Positions 11,975 through 24,620 of a stretch of 64,000 nt of DNA are shown piece by piece; positions within the stretch are counted from its first letter, which is position 1, and each line of letters begins with the position of its first letter. A model generated the notes under the pieces. It was not told where the DNA came from. It did no database searches and saw only the letters and a program-made list of their open reading frames with translations. Origin of the DNA: Camelus ferus (Eukaryota). The DNA lies in contig NC_045707.1 in NCBI RefSeq assembly GCF_009834535.1, positions 19,406,001 through 19,470,000 of the forward strand. The letters run 5' to 3'. Both the position numbers and the translations under genes were made by a program.

Positions 11975-13713
11975 AAAAACAGTTGTTAAGTGGCATAATA
12001 TAAAATAAAAAAGAAAAATGAACACTAAAAAAAAAATACCTTAAATATATCCAATTCATTATTTCTTTGTCATACTAAGTTGTCTAGCCATGATGAAAAT
12101 ACACATTTATTTGAACACTATTTTAAAAGCTAAATCAATGTTGTGTATGTTATTATATAAATTATATGTGTTTATTTTGGGTAAAATGTTTTTTTTAAAT
12201 GTTTTTTTTAAAGCTGCTGATTACCGTGACATTGGAACCATTCTAAATTATTTTAAAGTATTTATTTATTTAAAAAAAATTTATTGAGTATCTACTACAT
12301 GGTAGATGCATGTTCTGCACAAGGAGGATTAGTGACTTCTGGTAAATGTTTAACAACTGCCTGTTGGCAGATGGAGAAGAGGAGCTGATTTGTAGAGTTT
12401 GTCAGTTTCTATGATGGTCTCTCACCATAGCAGATTTCAAGCTACAAATGTGCCCTTGACTGACCACAAAATTGAGTAGACTTGCACAATTGGCTTCTGG
12501 TGTTAACCATGCAGATACCTGGGAGAGGAGACTTGCCAGTGTAAGAACATTTAGTGTAAATACACTAAGGTTTTAGGAGGAAAATCATGTCATTTGCAAA
12601 GAAAGATTTTTTTTGTTTCCCTCTTTCCAATAATTTTAAATATATTTGTTTTCTTATGCTAGTGCCCTGAATAGAACCTCCAGCAGAGCACTGAATAAAA
12701 GCAGTGACAGTGGTCATTCTCTTCTTGTAGCTGATTTTACCAAGGCTGTTACTATTGTTTAAATAAATTAGGCATATTTGCTGTAATTTTTAAATCATAT
12801 GCTAGGATAGAGAACTGGAAAAGTAAATCTCATGTACAGATCAAGCAGATTCAAAAACTATGAAGATTTTTAAAAATACTTGCTTTAACTGTCTTTTTAA
12901 AATTTCTTAAAAATTTGTTGACATATTATAAACCAGAACTTAAACATATCTTTCACTCCTGTATACTTTCAGTATGAAATTCCTAAAATACAAGCTTGTT
13001 TTCTTGCTTAACTACAGTGCAATTTCCAAGCTAGGAAAATTGACATGCACACACACACAAAATTTTGTTGTCATTTATCACCTTGCCCTTACTGACATAT
13101 CCCCAGTCGTTCCAAAATATCATTTTATACTTGACTTGTTCAAATTAGAGCCAAACAAGGAACATACAGCCTACCTGGCTGTGATGATTGAGTCATGTCT
13201 TTAATGCTACTGAAACAATGTTCTGTTCTATTTTACTAAGAGATTTTTAAAAATCATGAATGGCATTACATTTTATCAAAGGAGGTGTGATTTTCTTTTT
13301 TTCACTTTTTTTAATCTTTAATTTTTTAATGTTTAAATTCCTCAAGAACGCTTTCTAAATATCAATTACTTTTGGGATAAAATCATATGGAACATGAAAT
13401 AGTAGTTTGCTAATTTCCTTCAGTATTTTATCTCCTAATTTAACAGTCAAGTTGCTGGTGATTTTTCATTTCTCAGATTATCTTTGGATACCAAGAATGA
13501 CATAAAAGAACAAAAATGAGTTAGAAATGTTTACCTCTTCTTTTCTTCTGGAACTGTTTTATAAGATTGCTCTCGTTCATGCTCATTATAAAAAAATTAA
13601 AGTTGGTGTTAAATTTAAAAATCTTACATCTATTACTGAATTTTCACATTTTAGTCAAACTACATTACATTAAATGAGAACATGTGGGTCAATGTTTATA
13701 GAAAAATCTAAGA

Positions 13714-13936
13714 CAGGGGTTGAAAAACTATGGTCCACGGGCCGAATTTGGCCCACCATATATTTGTGTTCAATAGTTTATCAGAACACACCTAAGCCCG
13801 TTCATTTACACGTTGTTTATAGCTGTATTCACACTACAAAGAGGGAGAGTTGAGTAGTTGCATAAGAGACACTATGACCTGCAAAATCTAAATTATTAAT
13901 GTATTGTCCTTTACAGAGAAAGTTTATTAACCTCTC
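13714..13936 (+). mobile_element. MER58A-like hAT-Charlie MITE (arm B copy)
   Basis: CAGGGGTTGAAAAACTATGGTCCACGGGCCGAATTTGGCCC...GAGTTGAGTAGTTGC...CCTTTACAGAGAAAGTTT follows the MER58A consensus. Confidence 0.85.
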
Positions 13937-15649
13937 ATATCGATAATCAAAATGCTCAGATTCCAAACATTTACAATAACCACTAAGGAGGCCGTATAGA
14001 GTGTTACAGAGGGATGCATCGTCTCCTAAGACCAGCATAAACTCCTTCATATCTTTTGTAATAGTTTTACAGTTCTTTTAATTCTCAGATCTATACTTGT
14101 CTGAATTTTATGGTATATTTTTATTGAGTACTTAAGAACCTACAATCATCAATCAAGTCTAAACTTCATTATTTTTGAATGTTTCCAGTTTAGTTTAGGA
14201 ACTGTAGTTTCAGTATGAAGGAAGGAAATAATAACTCCATTACCTCTCTGCAAAATGCAAATGTCACTTTTTAAAATACGTTGTTTTGTTTGTTTTTCAG
14301 CACATCATAGACCTGAGTCTGTCAACTGCATATACTACATGACTATCAAGGAGAATCTGGTTCAATGAATTAACAATTACAGCCTTTGTTTTGCAGAAAA
14401 AATGGTTAAAAAAATTTAGGATGATTTTGAGCAACATTATTATTATTTCAGGTTTTGAATTCATGGAAAATGGGAAAAGAAAAGTTTGGGCCAGAATTGC
14501 ATGATCCTATATGATCATCACAGAAATCCTAATTAGCATGTTTTCCAATATGATGCCATATTCTGATGCTTAAAAAAGAACATAAATTTTTTTTAATTTT
14601 AATTTTATATACAGTGAAACTTTGCCATTGTTAGCTATTTTCTACCAATTTAACTAGGCTTGTCTTTTAAGTAAGCAATTATGTAAATAGTATGTGTAAT
14701 CTATTATATTAAAATAGCCACAAATATGAGAAAGTTACAAAACTCTTAGCTACTGATTATCCAAAGACCAGCTTAACATCAGGCATTTGTTTAAATGCAC
14801 TACTGAGCCACAGCAAATGTAGTCATATTTGGCATCTAGTAATATTTATCTCTCCAGGCTTCTATTAAGAATTGTTATATATGTAAGTTAATTTTGAAGT
14901 TCCAAAAAAAAAATGGGGCGTTTCATACTTTTTCCCTGAGCAACTGTGTATTCAAAACAGTGTTTTGAATTGATAAATTATATGGCACAGAAAATTTTAA
15001 ACTTAGTAGTGAGAAATGTTTTTCATTTCTCAAAAAATATAATTACATTATTCTTTCAGTTGTCCTGTTTTTCACATAGTTACTAAGTGGTCCACAATGT
15101 GGCGGGGATAGTATGTGTAACATTCTAGGAAGACTGTCAGATTTTGCTTATGGTCATTGGGTACTAAATTAAAAATAATGTTAAACATGATTTAATATTT
15201 CCTCAATTTCTAGAAAGGGTGTGTCCTGGTGAACCATAAGACGCAGTTCTCTCTTGTGTGCTCTTGCCCCAACTCTTTCTGTCTTTCTTTCATTTTCTAA
15301 AAATTATTCTGAAAAATTGGAATTAGAAAAGATTTCAAAAATGCACTGAGCTTAGTCTCATAGTTACTGAGTGGAAAGACCAGCCCAAAGGAAGGGAAGT
15401 GCATGAGAGAAGGAAGAGAATTTAAAAGGAAAATGAATAAATATATATACAGATGAAGAATTTGAAAGGAAAAAAAGAAAAATATATACATATACAAATA
15501 TTCTTGATAACACACTGGCAATAAAATTATAAGCAATGAAAAATAACTCTTGGGAGACTATGAGGAAATTAATAGATGTTGAGAACCCTGATTTTCATTT
15601 AATTTCTCTACTTTATGCCTCTAATTTATGGAAGAGCACATTTGTTTTT

Positions 15650-16588
15650 TCATTTGCTTGAGAAAAATACAATCTTCCTTGCCATGTGCATGAAGGCTCG
15701 TTTCACTTGCTGATTCCTTAGGCTGTAAATAAAGGGGTTCAGCATGGGGGCTACTGAGGTGTTGAGCACAGCCACACCCTTGCTCAAAGACAGTCTGTCT
15801 TTTGCTGATGGTTTAATGTACATGAAGATACAGCTACCATAAGAAATGGAGATGACAATCATGTGGGAAAAACACGTGGAAAAGGCCTTTGTCCTCTGAC
15901 TGGTAGAAGGAATCCGCACAATTGTGCTGATGATATATATGTAGGACAGGAATATCAGTGCCAAAGTGAACATTAGAGTGAACACCGCGCAGGAAAAAAG
16001 CATTGTCTCCAGGAATTTGGTGTCTGAACAAGAAAGGTGTAATAAGGGGGAAAAATCGCAAGTAAAATGGTCGATGACATTGGACTTACAGTAATAAAGC
16101 TGTATGGATATCATAAGTAATGGGAATGTGATTAAGAATGAAGCCAGCCAAGAAGCAAAGACAAGCAGTATGCAGACTCTCTGGTTCATGATGGTCAAGT
16201 AATGCAGAGGTTTGCAGATGGCAACATAGCGGTCATAGGACATGGCGGCCAATAGGTAAAATTCAGTGACTCCCAGGAGAATGAAAAAAAATAACTGAGC
16301 CATACAGTCATCAAAGGAAATGGTTTTATCTCCTGTAACAATGGTGCTCAGGAACCTGGGTATAGTGACAGTTGTGAATGACACCTCTAGTAAGGAGAAG
16401 TTTCTGAGGAAGAAATACATGGGGGTCTGGAGGTGGGAGTCCAGCAGGGTCAGGGTGATAATGGTCAGGTTCCCTGTGATGCTGAGCATGTAGGTGATGA
16501 GCAGAAAGATGAAGATGACAGCCTGAAGCTGTGGGTCATCGGACAGTCCCAGGAGGATGAACTCTCTTATTACTGTGTAGTTCCTCAT
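15650..16588 (-). CDS. OR6C1: Olfactory receptor OR6C1-like (312 aa), intact copy
   Basis: The true ATG is at 16588 (MRNYTV...). The track's TTG start at 16615 is the first base after the splice acceptor. All OR motifs are present and the sequence resembles human OR6C1 as I recall it. Confidence 0.93.
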   Translation of the reverse strand: MRNYTVIREFILLGLSDDPQLQAVIFIFLLITYMLSITGNLTIITLTLLDSHLQTPMYFFLRNFSLLEVSFTTVTIPRFLSTIVTGDKTISFDDCMAQLFFFILLGVTEFYLLAAMSYDRYVAICKPLHYLTIMNQRVCILLVFASWLASFLITFPLLMISIQLYYCKSNVIDHFTCDFSPLLHLSCSDTKFLETMLFSCAVFTLMFTLALIFLSYIYIISTIVRIPSTSQRTKAFSTCFSHMIVISISYGSCIFMYIKPSAKDRLSLSKGVAVLNTSVAPMLNPFIYSLRNQQVKRAFMHMARKIVFFSSK

Positions 16589-16781
16589 TTTTTTTTTTCT
16601 CTTCTCTTGTGTCAACTACAAGAGGAAACACAAAGAGAAGACTTAAAGAAAAGAGGATTACCCACAGATAGCATTGGAATTTGCCTCTGGAAGTCAACTA
16701 TTATGCCATGCTAATTTAATTTAGGAGATTTTTAAAACAAGTTCATGAACATAGATGACATGTTTTAAAGTAAGATTTTTA

Positions 16782-18622
16782 TGAAAGAGCCTATATGATC
16801 AAATAATCAAACTTACCCTGTAAACAAAATTAATCTTGATTTGGCTATATTTAATAAAAATGAAGGTAACATTAAAGAGAAAAAGATTTTATTTTAGTGG
16901 ATATTAAATTCCAGTTTTGTTAATTGAGGTCTGTATTTACTAAGACTCACTTCCCAAATCATTGCTTGCTGTTGTTACATTGCGGCAAAGGTTAATTAAA
17001 TTATTAAAGACACTCTAGGTTTATTTCTGAAGCTCAGTAATCTATCCTTGGTGGAAGATCTGATGCCCCATCACCTTCAACCAGGGGATTATACATACTG
17101 GAACAGGCATGACTTAAAGAACTGTCTCCAACCTGGATGGAAGGACCCTTTATCAGGTACTCTTAACCAGACCATGCACAGTGAAACCTAAAGGAAATTG
17201 ACTTTTGGATTAATTTCCAGTCAGAAAGAGCCCTTGCACTGGCCTACAGAGTAGTGCTCACCTTAAAACAATGCTCAAATGGAGAAGAAGCTACCAGGCC
17301 ACGATGAGAAGACGACAACATCTGAGGTAGACAGTTGACCGAAGACACCAGACCAGGCCTGTTTACCAATTACTTTGATAATTGTTCATACCTTTGATTA
17401 TGAACTAATCCAATTGTTAGGTTTATGGTAAATTACCTATATCTAGTACTTCTGTGTTACCTTGGCGGGTTTCCCTACTCCAAGGCTCTCACAAGATAGC
17501 CCTCAGAAAATTTATTCTAAAAAGAAATTATAGTTCTGTTTAGGCCACTGTTGACATTACAAGGTGGGAGGCCTCACCTGGCCAATTAATAATACCTGCT
17601 CTGAGCCTGACCATGAATATGAATTTTCTTATAAGATCACTCAAGCTCAATCAGAAACACAAGGAAAATTTTAACCCAAAAAGGTAACTTCTCGACTATT
17701 AAATTCTTACTCGTGACTTTATTAACATTACTAGCTGTATTATTGATACCCTGTCTATTTTATAAGATTGTTCTCTCTTACATTTTCCAGTGTGTAACTA
17801 GGCCTCCAACAAGATTGATGATGGCTAAACATCTTGAGGAAAACGATAAAATTTACAAATTTATAACTGCATAGAATAATTTTAATAGTGTGATTCTAGG
17901 TATGGGAATGAGCAACAAGGGGTAAACATTTCCTGGATCATAATACACTAGTAAGACAGGTGATCCAGAGAATTTTTAGTATCAACAGGCCTGATCCAAA
18001 AACTAGCACTTTGAGTGGCATGTCAACAGATACTTCACCAGATATAGGAATGAGCCTTCCTAGCACCATGAGACAAAATTGGTCATGAAATGTCTCCCAA
18101 AATATTGGTCGAATTTAGGACCAAGGGGGAGCACTGTCAACTAAAATACTGCAATCATATCAGTAAACAAAGAATGCTGAAACCAAGTCATCAGCGGCTG
18201 CCACCACCCCCCAGTGAGAACAGGCCTACAGCCCAGCCTCTGTAGCCACTCACAATGGTGCAACTCTGAGGGGACTCAGAATAAGAAAGGACAGGATACT
18301 GGCCCTAGATAGCCAGATGCTTGTCAAAGGAATGAGTTAAATGAGCCCACATGTTTCCTTCCTCCCATACATAGAAAAGCACTAAATTCTTTAACTTGAG
18401 ATGTCTGGTTTTCTTTAGATACCAAGCACTCTTTTATTGTTCAAAATACCTGGTCTTTGTTGTAAAGCTCCTATATATCCAACCTCCTCCCCCACCTCTT
18501 CAGAGCAGTCCCTCAGAGCAATCTGAGGGGCTGTCATCCCGGCTCGAGTCCTCTTGCCAAATAAAACATAACTCTAAAAAATAAATGAATGAATGAATGA
18601 ATGAATGAATGAATTAAAAAAT
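16782..18622 (+). mobile_element. 5'-truncated ERV1 (MER4-group-like) internal fragment plus U3-R LTR and A-rich tail, flanked by a ~15-bp TSD
   Basis: Degraded integrase C-terminus at 17069-17168 (HHLQPGDYTYWNRHDLKNCLQPGWKDP/YQVLLT). Purine tract at ~18123-18131, LTR from TG at 18135, AATAAA at 18560-18565, tail at 18576-18622. TSD AAAGTAAGATTTTTA (16767-16781) versus AAACTGAGATTTTTA (18623-18637). Confidence 0.85.
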
Positions 18623-20190
18623 AAACTGAGATTTTTACCATATGTCAGTGTCTGTTTCAAATATAATGTTTCTTTATAAAATCCCTATTTGACTGAGTGG
18701 AAACAGGTTAAAATGATTTTTAAAAATCCTATCCAAATCACAGAACCTAAATGGGAAGAGCAGGGATTTTAACCTGGGTTTTTCTAAAACCTAGGAATAC
18801 TGGAATACAAATGCTACCTGTTTACTTCTTAAAAGCCTCCCCCTAAATGACTCCCTTCCCAATGGGAAACACCTTGTCTTTTCTTCCACTCCAATAAAAG
18901 CATCTGATTTCCTAATTTTTGTCACCCAAATTCCTGTAATATTATTTCCTAGTGTAATATAGAAAAGCCAGATGTGTCAGGAAAAAGGTCACTCAAATGG
19001 GTATGTCTCCCAAATCTGAAAGTCATTGGAGTTAAATCTTTAACAACGTGACAGCTTTCTGAGTTTCCACTCTCACGGTCACTTTCCCAACCTCCTGCTC
19101 CTCCTCTGAAGCCACAGATAATGGATTTATTGCCATGACTTCCTCAGACTTAGCGAGTCCAAGGGAGAAAGGATGTAGACTAGACACTGAGTTTTGGATC
19201 TGCATTATGGGTCAAGGACACCAAACTGTACAAATGTCTAAAATAAAATGTTACCCTCCATCAAACATTTTTTCTCCAAAATTTCTCACATCTAAGTGAT
19301 ATTAGTATTCTCTCACTCTATATATATTCTACTATCTCATATATTTTTATATTTTGCCTTTTATCTACATCAGGATTCACTTAATAGAAGTTCTATTTTG
19401 TCAGCACATTAGAGTAATCATGAAATAGCAATGAAAACCATTGATTTTGTCTTCCTAAATAACAGTAGTAATAATAATGCATTTATTTTAAAAAGAAACT
19501 AAGTTTCCTCAATAAATTTCCTCAGTACATTTTCATATCAGTAATTCTGTGAATTCGCATTACATGGTCAAGTTTACATTCCAATGTCAGGAGAGAATTT
19601 TCTACAATAGAATGTTTAATTTCAAGATACACGTTTGTTGATTTCTGGTATGTGATACATCGTAATACTATGAAATTTCTCAACTTTGTTTTCTTCCCTT
19701 ACATACGTGAGCTTTCTTTTCACTTACTTCACTTTCTAGCAAAAAACTATTGCTGCTTTCAAATTAAGGAAAATTCCAGTTGAAGTGGATGGTGGCCAAG
19801 GCTACTGCGAGAGCATGTGAAGTTCACAAGAAAATGAACTTATTCTTTCACTATTCCTCAGAGACTAGAGAAAAAGTCTTAACAGCACTTAGAAGAAAAA
19901 CAGACATTATAAATACATATTCTGTGAATAAATTTATGGCCATTCAAGAATGATAGATACTTACAAATGTAAAATTCATTGTTCTCAATGAACAATCTTC
20001 TGGGATTAATAGCTGTGTGTGATTCTTTGATCTGTAAACCATTTCTGGGATGTTTCTGGTAAAGTAATCAATGCTATATCTAAGTCAGTAAGACATCCTT
20101 TCAGACTTTCCTTCCTAACTATTCATTCACATTTTTTCCTAGTCCTATGTGATTTATGATAACAAGCTTCATATTCCTTTCTATTCCTTC

Positions 20191-20201
20191 CTTTTTAATG
20201 A
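20191..20201 (+). promoter_or_regulatory. Homeodomain site CTTTTTAATGA, the core of the H/P-element 13-mer, upstream of OR6C1 arm B
   Basis: Exact 11-mer, lying just beyond a minus-strand donor (GTAAGT at 19964-19959). Confidence 0.35.
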
Positions 20202-20347
20202 ATTCTCATATCTTGGAAATCTCATCATTGAATCAAGCTTGTAGCTCACTGCAAGTGAAAATTAACCTATTCAGCAAGCAAATGCTTGCCCTTGTGTTAA
20301 ATAAAACAACTAGAAATGATTTTCAGGAAACTTCTGCCATTCCACAG

Positions 20348-20405
20348 TAAATCATAACTATGGCTTCATAATAAATCATAATGATGGCTTCACAATAAAT
20401 CATAA
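20348..20405 (+). repeat. 24-bp tandem repeat, ~2.4 copies (TAAATCATAAnnATGGCTTCAnAA)
   Basis: Seen directly. Confidence 0.85.
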
Positions 20406-21599
20406 GGAGAAAAGAAACAGCATTCTACAAATTGTTCAATTTAAAAAGCAACTATATTTCAATGTCCTATCAAAGATCAAGAGATTGTCTTTTCTTATTT
20501 TATATAAATTGTGAGAAGCTCCCTAAATTCCACAATATAACTGGAAACTTAGATTATCTTCCCACATTCTCTATGTGTACTGAATTTTCTCTTCTTATGT
20601 TAAAACTCCTAAGAAGCCATAAGTGAGCTTGTGAACACATATATCCTCAATACAATCTTCACCCTCAACATTACTATACAGTTTTCCAATTCTCTGTCTT
20701 TCCCCTGACGAATCTTTTTCTTGGTGTTAGGTCTGTATGCTAGGTTAATTTGTCAGTGACTAGAACAGAGCGTTGGATTATTTTGATATTTTGGGTTTGG
20801 TTTTATAACAACCCTAATTTTTTTTTTCTAGAATGATTTATTCTACTTCTGACTCTGTTTGCTGAGTAAGAACTCATCATGTAAGAACTTCATTATGACA
20901 GCATGAAAAAAAATTTCAGAAGAATCAATTTAGATTATTTTCAAATTATTACTTTAAGATTATCTTCAAATAGTCCTATAATTTAGAATTCTGTTTCTCT
21001 GAGTGTTTTGAAAGAAAAAAGTGACCTTGCTTTTTGCCTAATGGGAAGGGGGAGGCAGATCAAGTCAGTGAGATCAAAGTACCAACCAGTATGAATAAGA
21101 ATAACGAAAGAAAAAGTGTTGTAACCTAAATCACTCTCAAAATCCATAGGTTTTCAAAGAGATGTTCTCTTTCTCTCCTGATTGTCTCAGTTTGTAAATA
21201 GTATCTATAATTGAAGATAATGTATAACTTCAAAAGGAAAAGCAATTCTCATATGAATTACGGCATCAGGACTTAATTTTAATTTATAATGTGTGTGATT
21301 ATTGGGACAGCCTGCAGGCTTTGCATTCCAAGAGAAATGGATTAAAAATACAACTCTCCCTGAGTTTTAGGTTTGTTTTTTGGTTTTGGGGGGATTTTTT
21401 TTTTCCATCGTGAAAATGAGAATATTTCACAGAACTACTTGTGAGAGCTAATTTAAATATAAAGTAAAATTAAATTATATAAAAATTTTATAGCACATAC
21501 TCCCACACAGTAAACCCATTATCTTCTTTATTCCTAAAAATAAAGTCAATTATCACATTAGAGGCAGATAGTTCCACTATAAAATGATAATAAGGATTT

Positions 21600-21800
21600 T
21601 TGAGGAAACTCATCTGAGAGACAATGCTAATGTTTTACATACTTATCTCATCTACTCATTATGATAACACTGTTACATTTGGAGAAACTTTGACACTGAG
21701 AGGTTAAATAACATAAACAAGATCATGCAGCTAGTTATGGTGAAACTGGAATTCTAAACTCTTCCTGCCTGAAACTGATCATATGCTGCTTATCAAACCT
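21600..21800 (-). mobile_element. MIR
   Basis: GGAGAAACTTTGACACTGAGAGGTTAAATAAC...AAGATCATGCAGCTAG is the reverse MIR core. Confidence 0.6.
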
Positions 21801-22699
21801 ACATGCAATTAGGAGGCTGAAACTCACAGATTAATTCTCTGAAAATTAATAAAGAAATCAATTACTATGACAAACAGGAAATAAACATGCTCAATTTTCA
21901 TAATGCAGAAAGGAATAACAACCTCACATTATTCGAGTCAATTTGATGAAAAATTAAGCTAAGAATTAATAAATCAGAGCTAAGGAAAGGAAAGTTTTCA
22001 CTGGCTTTAACTTCATAATCTTACCTCTATTTGTACAGAGACATCATAGCAGCTGGTTGAAATTACTTTTAAAAAATACTGTCAAGTATTTCAGTTTTAG
22101 GTTAAGAAATCTAGCATTTCTAAAAATCACAGTTTATCAATACATTTGGAATTATTTTATTTCTGTGGCTAATTTTCTTTGATACGTTTTCCATTATAGC
22201 CATGGGAGCAAAAATAGGGAAGAAGAAGGAAGTTATGCAGTTACTTTGAGCCTTTCTGGACATGATTTCTGCAAGGATTATAACCTGCATAAGCCACGTG
22301 TTATTTTATTCACCCTGTATGCCCAGGCTCATGGGAAATACTCCAGTGAACTCAGTCTGTCTACAGGGGCCAAGAGGAAAACACACTAAGGATTATAAAC
22401 ATGATATCAACATTTGTACCAACATTGAAACAAGAAACTTGGGGGACAATGTTCATTGAGACAAGAGGGTGTGAGAAATAGGCCAGAAGCACATGGAATA
22501 TTTGCATACTATCTATGAGGAAATAGCTAAACATGGAAATGTTTTAGAAGAGGTTTCCTGAAATTCCTAAACCAAGATTTCTCTGAGAATAGATCTTTTT
22601 TTTTTCCTTGCTGACTAAAATCCTAGGATGAGTGAATCTCATGTATAAATATTATATTTTGTTTTCTCATATAAAAAATGTCTCTATAAAAGCGGCTCT

Positions 22700-24620
22700 T
22701 TGATAAAGGGTCAATTTTTGAAGAAGACCTAAAAATTCCTAATGACTATGCACCTAACAGCAGATAATCAAACTATGTGAGGTATAAAATAATAGAATTA
22801 CAAAAAGAAATAGATGAATACACTACTACAGTTGCAGAAGTCAACATTCATCCATCAGAAATGAACATACCCAGCAGCAAGTAGAAAATTAGTTAAGGAC
22901 ATTGATAAACTCAGCAATGTCATCAATCAACTAACTAGTTAAAATTGACATCTATAAGGTACTTCACCCAATAACAGCAAAATTCACATTTTTCTCAAGC
23001 ACACATGGAATATTTACCAAGAGAGACTGCATTTTGGGCCATCAAACACACCAAACAAAATTTTAAAATAGAAATAATACAATGTCTGCTCCCAACTGCA
23101 ATGGAATTAAGCGATAAATCAAGAACAAAAACATAACTAGAAAATCCCCAAATACATGGAAATTAAACAACATGCTTCTAAATAATACGTGGAACAAATA
23201 AGTAGTGTCAGAATAAATTTTAAAATATTTTGAAGTAAGTAAAAGTGGAAACACAGCTTGTCAAAATTTGTGGGATACAGTAAAAACAGTGCTTAAAGAT
23301 AAATTTATAACATGGAATAAACATATTAGAACATACGAAGAATCTAAAATTAATCATCTAAATTGCCACCTCAGGAAACTAGAAAAAGAACAGGAAACTA
23401 GAAAAAGGTAAGCAGATAACATAGGATAAAACCTTTATGGTCTTGGGGATAGCAATGACTTCTTAGAAACAACACCAAAGGGTGTCATCCACAAAATAAA
23501 CAGTGGATAAAATGAACTTCATTGAAACTTAAAACTCCTGCTGTGAAAGGGAATGACAAGAGAATTGTAAGAAGAGCCACAGAAGTATTGTAAAAAGAAA
23601 CATCTCATAAAGAACTATTATCGAAAATATGCGAAGAATTCTTAAAACTCATCAATAAAATAACAAAACACCCCAAATAACAAAGGAGCAAAAGATCTTA
23701 GCAGACACTTACCCAAGGAAGATATACAGATGGCAAATAAGCATATGAAAACATGTCCATGAATCCNNNNNNNNNNNNNNNNNNNNNNNNNNNNNNNNNN
23801 NNNNNNNNNNNNNNNNNNNNNNNNNNNNNNNNNNNNNNNNNNNNNNNNNNNNNNNNNNNNNNNNNNNNNNNNNNNNNNNNNNNNNNNNNNNNNNNNGCAG
23901 CAACATGGATGGCCCTGGAGACTGTCATTTTAACAGAAGTGGGTTGGAAACAGAAAGAAAAATGCCATATGATATCACTTATATGTAGAAAAGAAGGAGG
24001 AGGAGAAGAAAAAGATGATGACAAATGAACTAATGATTTACAATTTAGATGATTGATTTCTTGAATATGTGTAAGCACATTTGAGTGTCCTCTGTGACTG
24101 AATTACTGCATTGTGTTGATTCTTACTTTGTGGTTGGCTTTATTCCTTTGATAACTAGTTAAGTTTAAAAAGCTAAAGCTCTAATCTGTTCTTAGAAGCA
24201 ATGATCAGTACATATATGTAAACTAAAAAAATATGTGCAGTATACTGTATATATGTATTTACATGCAATGTAATGTATATGTGCAGTCAAACTGTAATAA
24301 TTCTACCTAATAAAACTGGAAGAAAAAAAAAAAGATGTCCATGAGTCATCAGGGAAATGCAAATTAAAACAAGGAGACTACACTGCCCACCTATCAGAAC
24401 AGCCAAATCTATTCTAAAACTGACAACATCCAGTGCTGATGGGGATGTGGTACAACAGGCAGTCTCATTCACTACTGACAGGAATGCAACATGGGAAAGC
24501 CACTTTGGAAGGCAATTTGACAGTTTCTTCCAAAAGTAACCACACTCGCCCTTCAATCCATCAGCCTTGCTCCTTGGTATTTACTCAAGGGAGTTAAAGA
24601 CAAGTCCTCACAAAAACAGT
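22700..24620 (+). mobile_element. Degraded L1M ORF2 (endonuclease and 3' segments) with a younger L1 3' end nested at 23767-24329
   Basis: Endonuclease-region sequence at 22700-23400 and ORF2 3' sequence at 23420-23766 and 24335-24620. TSD AAAACATGTCCATGAATC (23748-23765) versus AAAAGATGTCCATGAGTC (24330-24347). Confidence 0.8.

Larger units (their letters stand above)
11985..19640 (-). repeat. Arm B of the inverted segmental duplication, including a 1.84-kb ERV insertion absent from arm A
   Basis: Same colinear matches as arm A, with shared MER58A, MER63A, MIR and L1 fragments at equivalent positions. Confidence 0.92.

Noticed and set aside
16589-16615. MTQEKRKKK extension on OR6C1 arm B
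   Set aside because: It starts at TTG immediately after the acceptor; the paralogue and the family start at MRNYT.
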